In this document: positions 37,378-51,137 of the stretch, in pieces
How the letters are laid out: each line of letters opens with the position of its first letter
Position numbering within the stretch: position 1 is the stretch's first letter
Origin: the human T2T-CHM13v2.0 reference genome, Homo sapiens
Assembly: GCF_009914755.1 (NCBI RefSeq)
Contig: NC_060926.1
Length of the DNA stretch: 64,000 bases
Strand: one strand, 5' to 3'
Made by a program: the position numbers and the translations under genes
The notes under the pieces: generated by a model
Seen by the model: the letters and a program-made list of their open reading frames with translations, nothing else
Told to the model about the DNA's origin: nothing
Databases searched by the model: none

Positions 37378-39392
37378 AGCTCCTTCCTATCTTCAAGGAG
37401 CTGGCAGCAAGAGTGTAAAGCCCCAAGAAGACTCACAATGAATGAAAGACAAGACTCAAATCTAGCTCCTGACTCCAGGAGTTTGTGGAGTGTCTTTTCC
37501 AGAGCTAAGAGCACATAAGTATCTCTTTCTGTCAGGAACACTTTAGTTGGAGTCGCACTAGAGGCATAAAAGAACAAGTCATGTTTCTGAGTCCACAGGT
37601 CACCTACATCCCCAGGGGCCTAAGAACGCTAACTCGGTCCCCAAAAGGTCTTCCCATTCCCGCCTAAGCCCTGGCTGTTCCTGGACCTTGATGTGATGGA
37701 GGGCTGCATTCTCCGCCCATGGGAGCCGCCCCTCTCACTCTGCAGAGTCTGTTTCCCATTCAGACTGTATTCAGAAGCTCCCCGTGTGGGGTGTGACATG
37801 CTTGAATGCTCTCAATGGAGCAGCTTTATCCCAGAGCCTGAAACCGTGACAAAGAGGACATCTTCACCTGTGAATTAGCTTGATTTTTCCAGCTGCTGCT
37901 GCTAACTTCTCCATCAGAAGGCTGGCCTCTGTACAAACCACATCTCTGAAAGCTGGAGCAACATTCTCCAGCTAATAGCAGGCTTTTTTTAATTTTAATT
38001 TTTATTTTTTTTAACCGTGAAATGTCCTCTTTTAGCGGGTAACTTGAAAAATGCCCTTCCAAAGAATTGAGTTGTCAGTATAAACGTCTAAATGGACCTT
38101 TATTAGAACCGTTAAAAAAGGCTACTTAACATGTAATTGGCCCATTCTTCATGCTTAAATACACTGTTAAAATCGTGCCAATAGCTAACTTTGAAACCCA
38201 TGGTAAAAGGCAAACGTTTTATCTACAGGCTCCATTTTATAGCCTGGTAAGATGAGATCACATCAATCTTTGAGTCTTTCAAAAGATGATAGATAGAAAT
38301 TGCCAGATACCTTTACACCGTTCACTTTTTCCTCTTGGATTTACTGAAATTAGCTAGTGGACAAGTCACTCTAACAAGATCATCCCATAAATGCTCGCAC
38401 CAAGCAGACTGGAGATATGAACTCAAGTCCCCCTTACCCCAATGTGGCTCTGCTTCCTTTTCCTTCCTTAATCCTAATGCTCATCATACTGTTTATAATC
38501 AACCAGTTTATAGATCTCTAGTTAATATTTGCTCAGGGCTTATGCTGATTTCTCAATACATGCAATTTTCTGGTTTCATCTTTATCTTCAAGGATTAGAT
38601 TGGATCGAGCTGCCTTGTAGTAATTTAGTTTTTATCTTATGCCTTACAGTTTTATGTTCTTGTAATAGCACTTGCTTTTCCTTTTTTATTTAATTAAATA
38701 TATCTTATTTCACAACTACAGCATTTTTTTCGAGTTTATTTATTTAACAGCTGGCAGGGTGCTGGTGTTTTGTAGAGGGAACCACGCTGGGTATTTTTAG
38801 ACATTCAGAAGTTAGGGAATGCTCCAGCTGAGAAGCGGGAAGAAAAATCTGAACTTGAGAGATGAATGCTCAGAGATTAAACTTGGATTGCTTTGGTTGC
38901 ATGATGGAGCTCCATAGATTAAGTCCTTAAAACAAAAACAGAAACAAAAACAAACAACAACCAAAACAGTATATTTAAAAGTATGTTCAAGAAAGAAGCT
39001 GCAAGACTTGATCCTTGGTCTTCTGAAGAACAGCTGGCTCTTCCCATTGGCTCAGCCAGTACAGAAATACCAGGTGTTGCTAACACCTTAGGAACATGCG
39101 TGCACATTCTCCACAGAAGGCTCTAGACCTGAAAGACTTTCCAGCCATCTCTGTGCTCAGCTCCATTCAGCAACCCTGTGCATTACAAGGTTTGGATCAA
39201 TACAAGTTGTGTGCGGGAGTATGGTAGCCTCTGGCTAAACGATGATCTCATCGTTGGTTCTAATAAGGACTGAAATGCCAATGATGGGATTCAATACCAA
39301 TGCTGGGCTCTGCAGCCCTCCTTTCACCATGCTGACCTCACTAGGCTCCTTCCAGGCTTGAAACAACAGCAACAGCATCACAAAACCTTATA

Positions 39393-39544
39393 GCCAGGGC
39401 GAGTCAAGTGAGGCACCTAGGTGGTAAAATTTAATGAGGAGTTCATACTCAGAGTCAGGCAAAGTTTGCACGACCCTGACAGTGGGTGTCTCTCTCAATT
39501 TTATACATTAGACACCCTGCTTAACTCACCCCAGTGCTAGCCCT
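39393..39544. mobile_element. MER96-like palindromic hAT MITE
   Basis: Degenerate self-complementary arms (agggcgagtcaagtgaggcacctagg...aaaatttaa versus aatttt...tagacaccctgcttaactcaccc), matching the recalled MER96 consensus. Confidence 0.7.
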
Positions 39545-39959
39545 ATGGTACCTTCCTGGAAATATTCCCTCTTCAGGCCACTACCGCACCAAAAAGCCCC
39601 AGCTAGAATGCAGCCACTCACCCTAGGTTTCTTGCACCTGCACTTGGGATCATTTGGAACCATCAGCCAGACAACTTTCCTCCATCCTGACCAGGATACC
39701 TCTATCCCATGCCCTTCCCTATGAGAAGCACTATCATGCTTCTCATGTTACCAGTGGGAAAAACCTTGCAAGAGTCTCCAATATTTCCCACTCATCCAGC
39801 TGGACCATCAAATGTTACTGATCCTTCTTCTGTGGTATCTCCCCTTCTTTCTAGAGTCACAGCTTTAAATCAAGCTGGCATCATCTCACAACTGGATTAT
39901 TGTACCAATTTCCTAAAGGGCTCCATGTCTCCAGGCCTACCCACCCCCAGGGCATCCTC

Positions 39960-40147
39960 TACAGAAGAGCAAAGTGTAGTCCTTGAACCAGCAGCATCAA
40001 CATTACTTGGACGCATCATAGCAATGTAAATTCTCAGGCCCCATCCCAGAACTACTAAATCAGAAATTCTAGAGGTAGAGTTCAGTACCCATGTTTCAGC
40101 CTGCCTTCCAGATAATCCTGATGCTCAATAAAGTTTAAGAACCACTG
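39960..40147. mobile_element. MER5A hAT MITE, within L2 remnants (~39650-40220)
   Basis: accagcagcatcaacattacttgg...aattctcaggccccatcccagaactactaaatcagaa...aagtttaagaaccactg. Confidence 0.85.
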
Positions 40148-41899
40148 CTCTATGGTATACAATTTAAGCCAAAGTCCATGCTACCTTCTAGCTTAAAAAT
40201 TCTTCATTGTCCCCCTTACGGTGATTCTCAAACTTGCTAGCCTAGCTCTCCACGTACTTTGCAATATATCCTCATTCTACATCTCTGGTCACATTGCTTA
40301 CTGCGCCCTGACCCATATCTCAAGCCCAGCCATGCTGCTCTCCAGACTGAACCCCAGAGTGGGGCAGCTTCCTCCTTAGCTACCTCCAGGAATAACATCC
40401 ATGTGTCCAAGAACTGTATTATTATCCTGTTGAAAGCACACCCACGGCAGAGTTGACCATCCTGAGGATGGATTCACCATGCAGAGGCAGTAGACAAGGC
40501 TGGCAGTGGAAGGAGAATTGCCACGTGCTGAGTGCCTGCTACTGGCTGACCCCATAGTGGATCAACTTCCCTACAATGTCTCACTGAATATCTACAAAAA
40601 ATTTTTAAAAACCTGTGAAGGACTGATGGAAATAAGGAGGTAAGTATACCCAAGCCCAAAAGCAAATGTGAGCAGGAAGACCTTCCTGGAATCAAAAGTA
40701 GAATAAGAACAGGTGTAAAAAGACAAAAAAAGCCACTGCCTTTCTTCAGGGCCCCTCTAGGGTCCTGGAGCCCAACAACCAGCCCAGGGTCCATCCTCTG
40801 AAAGCCTCAATGCATTTTCTCCCTTTGCTGAAGCAAGGGAGAAAGACAACAAAGAGCTTCTCTCTTTGTTGAAGCAAGAAATCCAAAGGGCACTTGTTGC
40901 AAGCCCTCGATCCAAAGACCCAGCAGTTCTGTTTTTGCTGAGTCAGGATAACACAGAACCAGTCACAGAAAGAACATGGGGACATCAGGGCCTGTAAGTG
41001 AGCACAGAGTTCAATGCTGGGAGTCCAGGTCTCCCAGCCACAGATCTGTCATTCACCAGGTTGGAGACAACATCCAGCCCCAACGCATGCCCAGATCCCA
41101 GGGTCTGGACTTCTTTTGCTGAGTTTACGCATAATGAGGTCACCAAATCAACCTCTCTCTAAAGGCCCATCTGATATATGTGAGCACAGCATACTGGAGA
41201 GGCAAATCCCTTCTGTCCCCAGGCATGATAAAGTGGTCACCTGAAGTTTCAGTATCTACAGAGAAATTGCTATTAAACCAATTTCCAAGTCCCAGACGGG
41301 GTCCCTGCTAGGGACCACCATCCTTCCCTGCTGGGGTTCAGCATCAACTCCTGCTCTTGGGGCGGTGAGGGGAGAGGGCCGCTTTTGAACTTTTTTTCTG
41401 ATAGTCTGAGGTTTTCAAGGGTGTTCTGCCTTTCAGATTTATTTCAGCAAGTTGCTGTTAATTGTGTTTTCAATTAGTTATGTTTAAAACATCTTGAGAT
41501 TTGGGCAACTGAAACTGCAGTGCATCAATAATTATTAAACAGAGGTTCTAATCCATTATTTATTGAATAAATTTTTAATACTAATGCAGAATCCATTGTC
41601 ACTGACACCATGAGTTTGGCCATTAAGAAAAAAAGCTGACGAAAGGAAACTGAAGCTCCAGGATTCTTAAATGAAGGCCCGTGGAGCAGAGCTTCCTGGA
41701 GAACAGATTGGCAGCTGTTTCTCTTTCATGTCTGTTTAATCAAGGCTTTGTTGCCTAGGGGAAGGGAGGGGAGTTCCCACATAGTAGGTACTCAGTAAAT
41801 GTTTGTACAGGGAGCGAATGAATGCATGAATAAATAAATGAATTTAAGAATAATTAAACCAGGAGAGATTTTTTTTTAAAGATCTAAGCTCCTTTCTAT

Positions 41900-42800
41900 T
41901 TTAACCATTAACAAATACTTACAGAGCATTCAGCTTGGTACTGAAGTGTCCGTGATGGATAAGACAGTAATCCCTTCCCTCTCAGTCTGACAGATCATCA
42001 TAATACACGTTTAAATATAATTATGATAAAATGTGGTAATCCAAGGTGGCACGGAAGCCCACGTGAGGGGGTGACCCTGGCTGGAGCAGTCAGAAAAGAC
42101 TTTGCTGAGGAAATAATACCAGGTCTCAGAGGCCAAATTTTCCAGATGTAGAAATGAGGAAAGGGTAAGACAGCATATTTGGGGGCACAGGAAAAGACAG
42201 CATGACACATAGGCGGCACTTTCAAGATCATCCAGAATTTGCTCGGGGCATGAGGAAGCGAGGCTGGAAAGGCAGATGGGAGCAAGAAGGTGAGGACTTC
42301 GTGAGCCATGGTTAGAAGCTTGGTTCTCATTCTATGGACAAATCCACCAGCAGGGGTTAAAGCAAGGGACTGATGAGTGAGATTTTCCTTTCAGGCCAGC
42401 ACGTCAACTTATATTCTACCTCAGCAACATGCTGGCTAAGCTTCGCCAAAGTGGCAGCAAAGCAGGGGAAGAAAGGGCAGGATTAAGTAATTTCATAGCT
42501 AAAAGCGTGAGACAGACCCAAACTCTAGGCAGAGGGTAAGCAAAGTGAAAGAAAGAGCCAGAGATGCCCTAGTGTTTTGGCTATGCTGGTTTTGAGGAAG
42601 GAGGGTTAGGCTGATTACATGTGGTGAGGTGGGTGGCAGGGGCGACAGAGATGAAGAAAAGTTTTAGAACAATAAATTTGAAGTGCCTATGGGCTACACA
42701 GGTAAATGTCTGGCAAATAATTAGATATACCAGTCCAGAGATCCACAAAAAATACAGATTGAGTTATAGATGGGGAGTAATTCATACAAGGTAGTCACTT
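41900..42800 (-). mobile_element. L2 fragments
   Basis: aacaaatacttacagagca...cagtcagaaaagacttt...gagccatggttagaagcttgg...tttgaagtgcctatgg. An adjacent plus-strand L2 tail lies at ~41775-41845. Confidence 0.6.
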
Positions 42801-44049
42801 CAAGCATTTGTTCAGAATATACTATGCCCAACACTTGGCTAAATAAACCTTACGCTATGGAGAGCCGTTAAAAATGATTTCCAATAGAATTTTAAAAAAT
42901 AAAATCTAATTAAACACGGGGAGCATCCACTATCTCTATTTAGGGCAAGGAAATGAACACAATGAGAAAGTAAAGCAGTGGAATGTACAAAAGAGACCTT
43001 TGGGATTCTCTCCAGTCTTGAACTCAACCCAAAACTCATGCGTTGATCAATCAATATTACAAAGCACCACCTCTAAACCTGGAGGAATCCAGAGACACAA
43101 AAGTGACATCATGCAACCCCTCTTAGCCTCAACAACCCTCAGAAGCTTTGAGCTCCAACCTTAACTCTCTGTCCCGCCCTCTTTCCAAAATCTTCTCTAG
43201 CCACTGCAGACTGAAGAGTCTCTACTCCTCTGAGCACCTTTAACCTTGCCAAGCTCTTGCCTACATGTGGCCTGGGGATTTTTAACTTGTCCTGTTCACC
43301 CAGATATTCCCACACACTACCCCTATGCAGCTTGGACTTCTGGAAGGCCACAGCCCATCCCCACCCCACTCACAGACTCCAGCAAGGCTCAGCACAGAAT
43401 TAAGCATGTAGCATTTTGCTCTGCTCATTTCTGGTTCCCTGGGAGCCTCCACTCCACCACTGCTGCCCCACCTCCAGCGTGCTCAGCTTGGCCAATACAA
43501 AAATGAGTACACATTAGGTGCTCAGTGAAGACCTAGGTATAATGGCCCATTTGATCTATGTCCTAACACTTCCTCTTTCAAGTTCACAACAGTCCTGGGA
43601 TTCAGAAAGTCTCAAGCATCCCTCCATCACCAGCAGGACTCTGAGCCCTTGGTTCATGCCGCCTTGCCAGCTGGAGAGAGGAGGGGTCAGTGAAATGGGT
43701 TAGATCCAGCCTCCCTCTGCCTACGCTCCCAGAGGCCTTCCTGGAAATACTATGGAATCCCTAAGAACAGATACCCAAAGCCTATAAGTCACAGCCTATA
43801 AGTCACAGTCTCCGTGCTGGGGAAGGCGTAAATGAGAGCTATAGCATCCAAGACGGGAGGTGGCCACATCCACCTGTAGTTGAGAGGCCTCTGGGCCAGT
43901 GGACTCCGAAGTGAGGTCTGTAGGAGTGAGCAAAGCAGGGACACAAAGAAGGATGTGGAGTGGTAAGAAGTGAACCACACCAGGAGGCCGTCTCTGTCCT
44001 TCCAGGCAAAACCCACCACTCCCTTTATCTTCTCACACATTTTCTAGCC

Positions 44050-44200
44050 ATCTGCTTGTTTTTCTATCTGCTTCCTAGATGTAAGTTCCTTGAGGCTAAG
44101 AACCTGAATTTTTCACCTTTTCATTTTCCATAATGCCTAGCAAAGGGCATGGCACATGGTAAACGCTCAGCGAATTGTTGTTGAATAAACAAATAGATGA
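44050..44200 (+). mobile_element. L2 3' end
   Basis: ctagatgtaagttccttgaggc...atgcctagc...ggcacatggtaaacgctcagcgaattgttgttgaataaac. Confidence 0.75.
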
Positions 44201-44714
44201 ACCCTACTTTTGAAGACACTATAACTGCATGATTTTTAAATTGTGCCTGCTCTTTGGGTCAGTGTCTTTCAGGAGAGATCAATAATCCATTAATAACATT
44301 TGGATTTTAGGAAAAAATCTGTTTAAAGGAAAATGTTGTACCTTGTAAATATTCTGTGTTCTCAGGGAAAAGAAAGTCAGTGGGGAAAAACTGCAAACAG
44401 CCTACTCCAGAACAATTGAATTGAGGCCAGGAAATTAAAATTAGAATGAATTTAGAATTGGTGTTGTTATAACCAATTATCAGGAAGATTCTTTTTACAA
44501 TTTTTTATGAGATGGAGGGAGGAAGGAGTGGTAGGCTTCATTGAAATTATACCAGCCAATGAATGGCAGGATTAGAATATTCTTTTTTTAGCTGGTGGAT
44601 GTAGTAACGTCATCCTACAGAGAGGCAGACCATGCCATGTTTGATGTATAAATCTAATGACTTTTTAAATAATAATGACAACAACATAAACAATAAAATA
44701 TGTAATGTTCTTAA

Positions 44715-44860
44715 AGATTACATTATCTAATTTGACTTACACACAATCCTGCAAGTACCACTACTATTGTCCCTTTCTAAAGATGACAAGTTGAAGGTCC
44801 AAAAGTTAACCAGTATTAGATCTGGGACTCACACATGTGCCTTTGGACTTTGATCCTGTG
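44715..44860 (-). mobile_element. MIR fragment
   Basis: acaatcctgcaagt...actattgtccctttctaaagatgacaagttgaaggtc. Confidence 0.5.
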
Positions 44861-46044
44861 ATTTTCTTCTCTGTGATAACTTTCTGGATAACTTTCTGAT
44901 AGAAAATTCCCTGGAGGTCTAGGAAATGGTAAAGGTTCTTCCTGCTAGATAAAAGCTTAGAGGACTGAAGTCCCAGCTCACACAGAAAAGCAGAGTTATG
45001 GAGGCACTTGGGTCTCATCTATCCACTTGGAATTTGAATCCCATAATTAGCAGACTGAAACACCCGCCTTTTCCCAGGCATGGACTCATGGTGAAGCTGG
45101 CCCTACTTAGGAGCCACAGAGGGGTTCAGTCTGGAACAGGGCTTCCAGATGGAGCCATCAGAGTGTGGTTCATAGCCAGGACTCAAGTATCAGAGAGGGA
45201 ACCTCGCTTCTGAAAGTATGAAACCTACAAGGGGCAATGCCAATGGCTTATCCCTGGATCGCATCTGCAGCCCTGTGACCCCCTGCTCTCCTAGCCTGTG
45301 GCTGTACCAGCTTCCTCACTGTAAAGTGGGGAAGGAAAACTGTCACAGCACAGGCTTGTTGTGAGCCCATGCTGGAAAAAAGCAGCATGAACAAGCACTT
45401 GTTAGTGCAAGTCACACTGTCCTGGGAAGGCAAGTCTGAAGACTGTCACACCCCTGCCTGTTTCCTCCTTACAGTTGACCTTGAACCCCAGTGACAGCGT
45501 GGGAGGGAAGGCAACGATCAGGGACTTGGGATGCTCTCCAGCCTCACATCCAACTTCCATCCTTGCTCTGTTCAACCTGCAAGTGGTTCCTAAGCAGGAA
45601 GCAGATCCACCTGCTTGTGCTGCTTGCATTTATGTTGTTCCACTTCTAATTAGGCCCATCCTGCCCTATTACAGACAATAGAAGTGTGTTTTAAATGAAA
45701 GCCCATCTCTTTCCCCCTGACTATACTAAGGCTCTTCATTTCTCTTTGCCTCCTCTGCATTTAGTAACTTAAGTCTGCTTGGAGCTAAATGACCCAGTTA
45801 ATACAGCCTAGATGGCTGACTGTCCTGTGCTCACTTAGGAGTGGCCCTCACAACACAGAGGCTATTACACATTGCATCGTTTTTTATTCTGTTTGTAGTT
45901 TACATCACTAGACTGGGAACCCAAGAGGCTGGTGGGTCTGGATCCCCAAGGGGAGCCAGCATCACCTTAAATATGACCTCACTTGTCAAACGATCCACTT
46001 CCCCACAGGCTGGGATGGATGAGCAAGAGGTTTATCTTGTTTAT

Positions 46045-46300
46045 TAAAGGAGCAATACTTTATCTTTTGGAAAAACACACTGAAATATTTATAGGTGAAA
46101 TTACTTGATTTATGGGATTTCCTTTAAAATAATAGGAAAGGAAGGAAGTGTGCACAGGGCGTCGGTGCGTGGATGGGGCAGGCTTGTCTTAGGTAAATCA
46201 CCATTGAGACTGGGTGATGAGAACAAAGGTGTTCAGTTAAAGATTCTGTCTACCTGCGCATCTGCTTACAATTTCCCACAAGAAAAGGCCACTTTTTAAA
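46045..46300 (+). mobile_element. L1ME-like 3'UTR fragment
   Basis: acacactgaaatatttataggtgaaat...tgggatttcctttaaaataat...ctgggtgatgag. Confidence 0.6.
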
Positions 46301-47159
46301 CAGCAAGGTTTAAATCTGAAAAGCTGAAGTAAATAGTTCTTTAAAAGCACATTTTTAATTAAATAAAATTTCAAGATGTGCTCGGTGTCGCTCTCTATCT
46401 TGGACGGTTCTATATTCATTGTTTAACCTGGTTTTTATTTCCAGTCTTAATCAGAGGACTTTCTTCTAATTTATCCTAAATCTTTATTTCAAAAACATTC
46501 CCTCCAGAGCAGCCCCCAAATTGCAAGCCAGATTCACATCCAAAGCTGTTTTGGCAGCTTGTCTGCCCCCTTTGTCTAGCCTCACCACGAGCGGATTGTT
46601 TTCCTCAAAGGCCAATTTAGATCATGAGTGACCCCACCATTTTCTCTAGTTCATTTTCACCGGGTTGTCCTGCACCTCCCTGCTCAGGAAAAAGCAGAAA
46701 AAGAGAAAAGCAGTGATCACAGTCATGCTTGTGACTTTAGTCTCCTCTGGAAAAGGTTTTAATTGACTGGAAAAACATAAGAATCTTCTTCTCCACTGAC
46801 CCACACCTGTATATAAACTGCTGTTTGGACCCTGGGGCCATTTCTCTGGTACTTCTGTTTACCAGCCCACAATATACCCAAATTATAGGGCTACATCTAA
46901 GAGAAAGGAGCATCCTCACAAGCCAAGTATGGCAAACCTGATTCTATTAAATCACAGACAAGGGCTCGCCACCTCTCTCTGCCTTTTTCTTTCTAAACCT
47001 AGCTAACTGCTTAATCCCATTCAATCTCTACCCACAGCTACAGTTTTGATATCTTCCTCTTCTGACTCTAGCACTTTCCAGCCATGAGAGTGTCACCTTT
47101 CAGATAGCCCATGCCTTTCCAACAAGAATAATCTTTCTAAAACCAATTTGTATACAAAT

Positions 47160-47365
47160 TAACTGAAACTTTGGCCAAAGAAATGCATGCATGTGTAGGC
47201 ATACAAACTGCATTGCCTTGGAAGACTGTGCCTAGTTTCCACCCACTCACGCTCAGTATCAGCACTGATAACCTTCAGCCCAGCCACTTGGAGCACCATG
47301 CCTGATGCCACCCTGAGCATCATGAGCTGGCACAACTCAGGAGCAACTACCATGAAAACAGGCTT
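47160..47365. mobile_element. Possible hAT-Tip100 (MER45/MER91-like) relic
   Basis: gaaactttggccaaagaaatgc...ggaagactgtgcct...ggcacaactc...gcaactaccatg, a weak resemblance from recall. Confidence 0.3.
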
Positions 47366-49739
47366 CGTTTCTTTGCCCTCTTTCTTCATGTCTCACTGAA
47401 GATGACAATTGACTCTCAGAGGTGTTTAATGGGGGAAATCACCCACCCTGTGCCCAGTGTGCTCCAAACCAGGCAAAGCAACGGTGGAGAAGGAATATTT
47501 TTGGAACAGAGAAAGCAAGACACAGAGGGCTGTACCCCTCCAGGAATAGTTTCTCCCCTGATAGATCTCTTCTCCTTCTTCTCCCTTGCAAGGTGCCTAT
47601 TACCTGGTTAGTTGATCAAAGTATCAAGTGGAGAAGCCAGAAATAATTGACAGAAATATGGGGAACCCCTGGCCTTTATTACATCCTCATCCAGGAAAGA
47701 AAAACTTCCTGTCCACAGCAGCACCTGAGTGGATCATGGTCAGTACGTCTGTGTGGGAGTACATTCACACATGCTGATTTTCTGAACAGGAAACAGCTTC
47801 CTGATATTTCTTCCAAACATATTCTCTATACTACATTCTATATCCACCTGGCACAATGACAGTTTCAGGCAAACAAGAAGAAACATGGCCAATCATGCCT
47901 CCATTTGGTCTCTCCCTCAGCCCCCAAGATTCACTCACTCTAACTTAGTAAGAGCCCCTGTCATAGATTCCACGAAACAAATCTTTAGGACGTAAGCCTT
48001 GATGTCAGTAAGCAGGGGACAATTAGACTTCTAGTAAATCTAGGTTTCTGCCCAAAAAGTGAATGCATGCTGTTGGCAATATGCTTTGGCAGCTTCAAAG
48101 TCCTTCATCCTCACTGAAGGAGTCCGGCCACTTTTCCCAAGCTAAGCTGCAACAGACAAGGTGAGCATTCCCATACCTTTCACTTTTATACTAAACCAAC
48201 CTCATTTGCAGGACTCACTCCCCTCCAAACAACTGAAGCCACTTCAGTCTGCTGGTCTTTGGGGACAGGGACATGTAAGCAATCTAGTAAGCAAGGCTTC
48301 TTACAGAAAGGGAAAGCAAGATGACTACAAAGAACTGCCAACCAGTGTATCCGGGACATAACTTCAGTGACAAATCCCCTGCTCCTAAGAGGGCCCTACC
48401 TGGTGAAGGAAGTTGGACTTTTTTTTCATATATATATTTAAAGATGAGGCAACTGAGATTCAAAAAAGTAAATAATTGTAAAGTTTTAAAAATAGATCTC
48501 AGCAGAGGGCTTGCAACATAGTAGGCATTCAATAAATGTTTAATTAATTAGCTAATGAAAATAAGACAATCAGAAAGTTCTATCAGCCCTTGCCCTCTTC
48601 TTTGCATCTCCTCTTTTTGAAGGGCGCTAACCTCTAAATGTAGGATATGGTCACAGTGAAATTCTTTTTATCATGACTTTATCTGATTTCAAAAGAGATC
48701 CTACTTGTTTTGAAAAACCATCTGAAGTATGTTCAGATTCTATCCCAGAAAAGGCTTCTCTATTCTCAACTCTGCTGGTTACAGCCTAGTCCTAACCAGA
48801 GCCTTGCACAGGGCCTTTTTAAAATAAGGATCCTAAGTTTCTGGTAGGGATGTGTCCTTTGATGTTCACTTTCTTCCAGCTAAGCACCCAGCCAGCTACA
48901 AAGGCAAATTTGCTACATGTTTCTCCCACCTAATGAAAGTGAGCTTAACAGAGAACAGACTGCCAGTACCTGCCATCACTATTGCATTCAGAGAGAGAAT
49001 CAGATACAGTACCTCATAGGTGTATGCCTAAATTGGAGATTAAAGACAGGTCCCCAAGCTACCGAAATTATTATTAAGTTTGGCACTGATTCCAGTTTAG
49101 CCCCAGCCCCCAGCACCACCAAAGCCCTCACTTTTGGGGAGTGTCTCAAGAGAGATGGGAAACCTGGCTGTTTCTGATGTTCAGAACCTGAATGTCACTA
49201 TTCATATTGAGTGTCTTGGTAAGATAGCTGAAATGTCACCTCATTGCTACATGGTGGCTTTATTTTTTTCAAGGAATACTCCCATTATGTTATCAGACCC
49301 TTGTGACCCGCCGTGAGGAGGGTGGGATGGGGATTAGTGGCATCCTAACCGTGTATGTGGCAATCCTGAATCATTCAGCATCATTCTGCAAGTCACCTGC
49401 AGTCAAACATGAGTCACTCACAGAGGCATTTCCAAATCCCAGCGTTGCCTCCACCTCTTCCTGCTGAGACCACTCTGTCACTCACTGCCACTGATTCATT
49501 CCTCCAGGCCCCCTGTAAACTGAGAGATAAGTAAAATTTGCCTTTATTTCCCTACTTTTCTCTTTTCATTGTGCTCCCAGAAATGGTGTGGAACCCACAG
49601 CAATGAGGGCCAGTTCTGCAGCCTGCCACCTGAGCTGCCTGGGGAGAGTACCCTGTAATGCATTCATAGATTAATTTGGGGCAGAATTATGTTCATAATG
49701 AGTGACTCACTCATATATACAGTGTGCTTTTTTTAAAGT

Positions 49740-50370
49740 CTTTTTATATGTCCTTTGATAGAATTTTTCAGTTGTCTTTTATGCATTCTTCATCTGATTT
49801 TTATGTATGTTATGCTTTTGTTGATATTGCAAATGACATTTTATATTCTATTAGATCTTCAAGTACATTACATCTAATGTAGAGGGATATTACATGTTTT
49901 ATGTCTATCTTTTTTCTGGAAATATAAACTGGAATCTTATTGGTTGTTATAGTTTGTTGGTTCAGATACTTTTTCTAAGAAAATGATAGCAATTTTGTGT
50001 TTTTCCTTTTGACTTGTGTGTATGTGTGTGTGTGTGTGTACCTTTGTGTGTATGTGCTAATGTATCAGCCAGGACCTCCCTAACTATGTAAACTGTAATG
50101 TTGATAGTGGGCATTTTGTCTTATTTGCAATCTTAAAGGGAGTGAGTATAAAAGGAGGCAAATATTGGATGTTTGTTGTAAGTGTTTAGTATAAGACTTT
50201 TACCAAATTGAAGAAATTTCTATTTTTTCTACTTTTCCAACAGAGTTGTTATCATAAACAAGTACTGGATTTTAACAAAATGCTTTTTCCTGCATTTTTA
50301 AAATAATAATGTGATTCCTTTTTAAAAAAATAATGGGGAAAAATACAGATTTTCTGATGTAATATCTGCT
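49740..50370 (-). mobile_element. Very old L1 (L1ME/L1M5-like) ORF2 fragment
   Basis: T-rich, with gccaggacctcc...gatagtgggcattttgtcttatt...atcttaaaggga as an antisense L1 ORF2 pattern. Confidence 0.65.
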
Positions 50371-50719
50371 TTTAAATATGCAAGTTAAATATCAGGGGTC
50401 CTAGGACATCTGCTTCCAGCTAGGATGCTAGGATAGAGTTGTGTAAGCAGACCAATGTTTCTGCTGAACAGCTAGAAAAGTTAGGAAAAAATACCAAGAA
50501 ATAAATCAATTTAGGACTTGAGGAGCCAAAATCTCTGAGCAAAGAGAAGCAGACAGAGGTTAGCTGGCCACGTTTCCACTAGGAGAAATAGCCAATTCTT
50601 GACACACATACCTGGCAGAGAACCACTGATAAAAAGCACAGAAAACAGCAGACGTTTTGGCAATCTCGCAGGGCTGAGTGGATAAAAATTGAAGAAAGGT
50701 AGAAAGTAAATGGGTTGAA

Positions 50720-51137
50720 AAAGATAAACCCGGAAAATACCAACTAAGAGAAGGCTGATATCCTCTATATCAGATATCAACATCTACTATAAAGCTACAG
50801 TAATTAAGACAGACAGTGTAGTATCAGCACAAGGGTAGACAGACCAATGGAACAAAATAGAAAATCCAGAAGCTGACTCACATAGAGTCACTTGGCTTAT
50901 GACAAAAATACCACTGCAGTGCAGAAGAAAAATACTGATCTTTTAACAAATTGTACTGGATCAATTGTATATCCATATAGAAAAAAGTGAATCCTAAACC
51001 CTACCTCATACTACATGCAAAAAAAAAATCAGATGGATTGTAGAACTCGATATGAATTATGAAACAACACTCTTAGAAGAAAACAGGAGAATATATTCAT
51101 GACCTTGAAACAGACAAAGCTTTTCTAAACAGGACAT
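50720..51137 (+). mobile_element. L1 ORF2 fragment, sense orientation
   Basis: tactataaagctacagtaattaagacag...gaccaatggaacaaaatagaaaatccagaa...tagaagaaaac...catgaccttg. Confidence 0.85.

Noticed and set aside
43779-43806. Short tandem duplications: 14 bp here, 13 bp at 26042-26067, 12 bp at 44875-44898, 51 bp at 53897-53998
   Set aside because: Ordinary slippage duplications with two copies and no spacers, so not an array.
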